A stretch of DNA of 64,000 nucleotides from an uncultured Verrucomicrobiae bacterium (GTDB taxonomy: Bacteria > Verrucomicrobiota > Verrucomicrobiia > Chthoniobacterales > UBA10450), in assembly GCA_963772365.1 (NCBI GenBank), contig CAVYXA010000003.1, positions 352,001-416,000 of the forward strand, written 5' to 3'. Within the stretch, counting starts at the first letter, position 1. Each line of letters opens with the position of its first letter. Below are positions 60,353 through 64,000 of the stretch, in pieces. The notes beneath the pieces were generated by a model. The model did no database searches, was not told where the DNA came from, and was given only the letters and a program-made list of their open reading frames with translations. Made by a program: the position numbers and the translations under genes.

Positions 60353-61476
60353 GTTTCACGGGCCAGGGGGAGATGAATGGTAAACACGCTGCCTTTCCCG
60401 GCCACGGTCGCGCAATCGATCCGTCCGCCATGCTCGTTCACAACCTGCTGCGCGTAAGCCAGACCGAGCCCGGTTCCATCCGTTTTCGTGGAGAAAAATG
60501 GAACAAAGAGATTTCGAGCCTGCGCTTCGGTCATTCCCGTTCCATTATCGCCGACCGATACCAGAGCATCTGCTCCATTTCGTTTTGCAGCAATGGTCAG
60601 GATTCCGCCATTTGGCATGGCGTCCACAGCGTTTCGGATCAGGTTTAACAATGCTTCCCAGAGCTGTTCCGGATCGGCGTGAACTGACGGCAGATCGCCC
60701 TCGATAACTTCCCGCACTTTGATATCATTTTCATCGAGGAATGCTCGAACGAATCCAAGTTTCTCTTCCAGCAACTCGTTGAGGGCAACGGCTGCACGGT
60801 CCGATTTTGGCATTCGGCCAAATCGCAAATAATCCTGCAAAACCTGGTGGATTCGAAGAACCGAAGAACGCATTTCTCCCAGAAGATTCTGGCATTCGCT
60901 CGAAAAGCGGGCGCCTGAGGCGAGAGCGGCCTTAAGTTCCTCGTTGACCAAGTCGAGGTTTAACGAAATTGCGCCAAGCGGGTTCCGGATCTCATGTGCC
61001 ACTTGCGCGGCCATCGAGCCGACGACGGCGAGCCGTTCGCCCTGAAGCTTCGCCTGTTCGAGTCGTTTCCGTTCTTCGATTTCGGCGCGGAGTGCCGTTG
61101 TTCGGAGTTCAACCGTCTGTTCCAGATCGAAATGCGAAACACGAAAAGCCGCAAGCAACCAAACGATGATAACAAAGAACGCGAAAAGCATTGCCGCGTT
61201 CCAAACAGGAACGAGTGGATGATGATAGGCTGTGCCGCTCCACATATCGCCGAGGAACCACGCGAGAGTGCACAAGGCGCCCACCGCAAGACCGGTCGCT
61301 CTACCCGCTCTACCCGCTACCCAGGTTGCAAGACAAATAGGCAGAAGATAAAAAGGCGAGAACGCCCACTCGCGTCCTGTGAGGTAATCCAAATAGCCTA
61401 GCGCGGCGGTTAATGCGACCGCCGCAAGAATTGCGACCGCCCTTGCCCCGACAGGAAACTTTTCACCACTATTCAC
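60349..61476 (-). CDS. Membrane sensor histidine kinase
   Basis: AHEIRNPL, NLIRNA, DNGTG, FFSTK, GTGLGL. Confidence 0.92.
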   Translation of the reverse strand: MNSGEKFPVGARAVAILAAVALTAALGYLDYLTGREWAFSPFYLLPICLATWVAGRAGRATGLAVGALCTLAWFLGDMWSGTAYHHPLVPVWNAAMLFAFFVIIVWLLAAFRVSHFDLEQTVELRTTALRAEIEERKRLEQAKLQGERLAVVGSMAAQVAHEIRNPLGAISLNLDLVNEELKAALASGARFSSECQNLLGEMRSSVLRIHQVLQDYLRFGRMPKSDRAAVALNELLEEKLGFVRAFLDENDIKVREVIEGDLPSVHADPEQLWEALLNLIRNAVDAMPNGGILTIAAKRNGADALVSVGDNGTGMTEAQARNLFVPFFSTKTDGTGLGLAYAQQVVNEHGGRIDCATVAGKGSVFTIHLPLARET

Positions 61477-61622
61477 AGCGAAGAACGCAGGTGTGAAGCT
61501 TTGACAAAGCGGAGCCCAGTTGCGTTCAAGTCATCTCCTCCCGATCGCTGGACAAATTTCCGCCACGACCCGGTCTTGATTGCTGAACACCATCGGTCTC
61601 GATAACTTCTTGATCGCTCTTC

Positions 61623-62787
61623 ATGTCTGCTTCCAATCCGATTTCAATCCCGCAAGGAGTAGCAGAAATTGCTTCACTTGCCGAGCTCGGGAACTGCGAG
61701 GCTTGGTCGCGCGCTTTTCACGACAAACTGAAAGACCATCGCTACTACGAGATCGTCGAGACAACTTTGAAAGGTGGATTCGAGCATCATTACCTCGTGT
61801 TGAAAAATTTGTCCGGGCAGATTCGTAGCGTGCAGCCAGTTTTTTTTGTTCGGCAAAATCTGATCGAGGGAGTTCCCGGTAAGATCCGCGCTATTGTCGA
61901 TCTTGTTCGCAAACTGTTTCCCCGTTTTCTGACTATGCGCGTTTTGATGGTGGGCTGTGCCGCGGGACGGGGCGAACTGGGCGTATGCGATCCGGCTGAT
62001 TCGCGCTGGGTGGCAGATGCTTTGATCAAAACTCTTTTGCCGTTTGCCCGGGCAAATAAAGCGTCGCTAATCGTTACTGAAAGATTTTCCGGCGCATTAT
62101 CGGCGCACATTAGAAAATCTTTGCGCCGGCGGTTACGCTCGCATCCCGAGCATGCCGATGACACAGCTCTCACTGCCTTACGCCAATTTCGAAGAATATT
62201 TGTCAGGGATTGGTTACATGACGCGCAAAGGTCTCCGCCGAAAATTTCGCAGAGCAGAGCGCGCGGCGAAGATCGAGATGGAGGTGGTGAACGATATCTC
62301 GGCGGACGTCGATGAAATTTATCCGCTCTACTTGCAGGTCCACGAACGGTCGTCGTTAAAATTTGAGACGTTAACCAAGGATTACTTTCGCGAGGTCGGC
62401 AAACAGATGCCAGACCGGGCTCGTTTCTTCGTTTGGCGCCAAAATCGGAAGATCATCGCTTTCGCTCTTTGTTTTGTTCATGGCGACATGATTTATGATG
62501 AAGCCCTCGGGCTCGACTACGAAATCGCGCTCGATCTGCACCTTTATTTTTACACGCTGCGCGACGTGCTCAGCTGGGCAATGGCAAATGGTTTGCGGCA
62601 GTATTGCAGCGGACCGCTCAATTATGATCCAAAACTGCATCTGGGTCATGAGCTCGCTCCGCTCGACCTGTATGTGATGCATACCAGTTCTTTGCTGAAC
62701 CCGATCTTTCGCCGCGTTCTCAAATATCTTGAACCGACGCGACATGATCCGGTGATTCGGCGATTCCCAAACGCGGATCAGCTTTGA
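61623..62787 (+). pseudogene. GNAT/FemAB-like acyltransferase with frameshift near 62075
   Basis: Two overlapping ORFs (61623-62315, 62152-62787) forming one protein; RKGLRRKFR, GLDY, YDPKLHLG. Confidence 0.7.
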
Positions 62788-62792
62788 AACAT

Positions 62793-62921
62793 TGTCATTC
62801 TGATCCGGCAGCCGCCGGAGAAGAATCTCAAATCATTTCTCGAACAATCCGCCTGAATAGATAGAGATGTTGCGCTTCGCTCAATTCGCCACAGGACGAA
62901 TCTGCCGTGGCGGACATGACA
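62793..62921. repeat. TGTCAT...ATGACA palindromic element with a nested second palindrome (62885-62914)
   Basis: GTCATTCTGA...GAAGAATCTC...GAGATGTTGCGCTTCGCTCAA[TTCGCCAC...GTGGCGGA]CATGAC. Confidence 0.6.
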
Positions 62922-62999
62922 GCGAAGTTTATGAGACGGCTTTTAAGATCTTTCTGCCGGACGTCTCGACTTCGCTCGCCGTGACGCTAATCATACGAT

Positions 63000-63404
63000 G
63001 TGCGTAATCGACCGTCGGGATTTGCCAGTCCCTGGTTTCAGCTCGGCCTGAGCGTTCTGTGCGTGTTCGTTTCCGAATTGCTCTTGAAACGCGGCGCGGC
63101 CGATGTGGCCGAACCAAACAGCGCATTCTCCTGGACCGGAATTAACGGGCTGATGTCGCCGTTGGTTTGGTGGGCCATCCTGCTGATTCTCGCCAGCTTC
63201 GTGACCTGGCTTTATGTATTGAAATACATTCCGCTTACCATCGCGTTTCCGCTGTCGCGAGTTGTCGATGTTCTGGTTCCGCTCGGTTGCTGGTTTTTTC
63301 TGGGTGAATTGATTTCCGTATGGCGCTGGTGCGGGATTGCTCTAGTCGTGGTCGGCCTGGCCATCATTTCTAAACCGGTTGCTCAACTGGAGGAACGATT
63401 ATGA
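63000..63404 (+). CDS. SMR/EamA-like small membrane protein
   Basis: 4 TM; ELLLKRG, PLTIAFPL, LGE.I...RW.GI. Confidence 0.8.
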   Translation: MRNRPSGFASPWFQLGLSVLCVFVSELLLKRGAADVAEPNSAFSWTGINGLMSPLVWWAILLILASFVTWLYVLKYIPLTIAFPLSRVVDVLVPLGCWFFLGELISVWRWCGIALVVVGLAIISKPVAQLEERL

Positions 63405-63742
63405 GTCTTCTCGCCCTTTTCCTCATTCTGACCGCGCTCTTTACTTTCGTGGGCGGGCAAATCCTTTTGAAACACGCAATGGCTCCCGCGCAGCCGGTCA
63501 TAAGCAGAGCCAGATTCGGTGGTCTGCTTGCCGCCGGAATTTTTCTGATGACGATCTCATTCTTTCTGACACTCGGTCTGCTCCAGCGTTTTGATCTGAG
63601 CTATCTTTATCCTTTCCAGGGACTCAGCACGATCCTCATCAGTCTGATGGCCGCCATCCTTCTGAAAGAAAAGCTCACATTTCGTTTAACGCTCGGTGCG
63701 GTCTTGATCAGCGCCGGTGTGATTCTGGTTTCGTTAAGTTAA
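63401..63742 (+). CDS. SMR/EamA-like small membrane protein
   Basis: GQILLK, DLSYLYP, LKEKL; ATGA overlap. Confidence 0.8.
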   Translation: MSLLALFLILTALFTFVGGQILLKHAMAPAQPVISRARFGGLLAAGIFLMTISFFLTLGLLQRFDLSYLYPFQGLSTILISLMAAILLKEKLTFRLTLGAVLISAGVILVSLS

Positions 63743-64000
63743 TCGAATTGATTTGTCTTTGCCGGCGCATCGAGTGCGCGCCAAAAGTACCAGGCGGCGA
63801 CGGAACGATAAGGCCGCCATCTCTCGCCATGTTTCAGCAATTGTTTCGGTGTGGGCAGCTTTCGTTTTCCGAAAGTTTTGGCAAATCCCTTGCGCACTCC
63901 ATAATCGTGGACGGGCCAGACGTCAGGCCGCCCCAGATCAAAGAGAAGAAGCATCTCGACAGTCCAGCGACCGATGCCGCGGACCGCAGTGAGACGCTCG
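63739..64000 (-). CDS. DNA-3-methyladenine glycosylase (AlkA-like), C-terminal part
   Basis: RGIGRWTVEM (HhH), RPDVWPVHDYGVR, WRPYRS.AAWY.W. Confidence 0.88.
   Translation of the reverse strand, partial: ERLTAVRGIGRWTVEMLLLFDLGRPDVWPVHDYGVRKGFAKTFGKRKLPTPKQLLKHGERWRPYRSVAAWYFWRALDAPAKTNQFD

Overview
Bacterial window of about 57% GC (estimated by eye). It is inferred to be Verrucomicrobiota, Chthoniobacterales-like, from a dockerin-tailed secreted protein, a TolB-TPR protein and the repeat families present. From left to right: (1) 1-13.5 kb is an anaerobic-respiration/denitrification island with PFOR, a CusF-SCO copper chaperone, a perfect FNR box, an azurin-like lipoprotein, Sec-type clade II nosZ-nosB-nosD-nosF-nosY, a Crp/Fnr regulator, hemerythrin, a DoxX-NirK fusion and nnrS. 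(2) 13.9-21.3 kb holds signalling genes and a DUF1326/DUF2182 pair. (3) 21.3-34.2 kb is a split, divergent complex I-like cluster (nuoABCD on -, nuoHJKLMMN on +) with two NuoM, a NuoL helix extension of about 26 aa, and no nuoEFG or nuoI in the cluster. (4) 34.3-45.5 kb holds housekeeping genes, a frameshifted dockerin protein and tRNA-Arg. (5) 45.6-54.3 kb is a decayed RHS toxin/immunity array. It is cut by three differently deleted Y1(HUH)-transposase elements with 23-bp terminal inverted repeats (TIRs), and two apparently identical IS3 copies have inserted into such TIRs at the same register. (6) 54.4-64 kb holds a permease, an aminotransferase, tRNA-Ala, UdgX, MscS, two-component genes, a GNAT, SMR/EamA genes and AlkA. 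The most unusual observations are the TIR-element/RHS/IS3 nest and mini-ORFs that bridge palindromic repeats from an upstream stop to a downstream start inside operons. All calls come from reading motifs by eye; no database searches were run.
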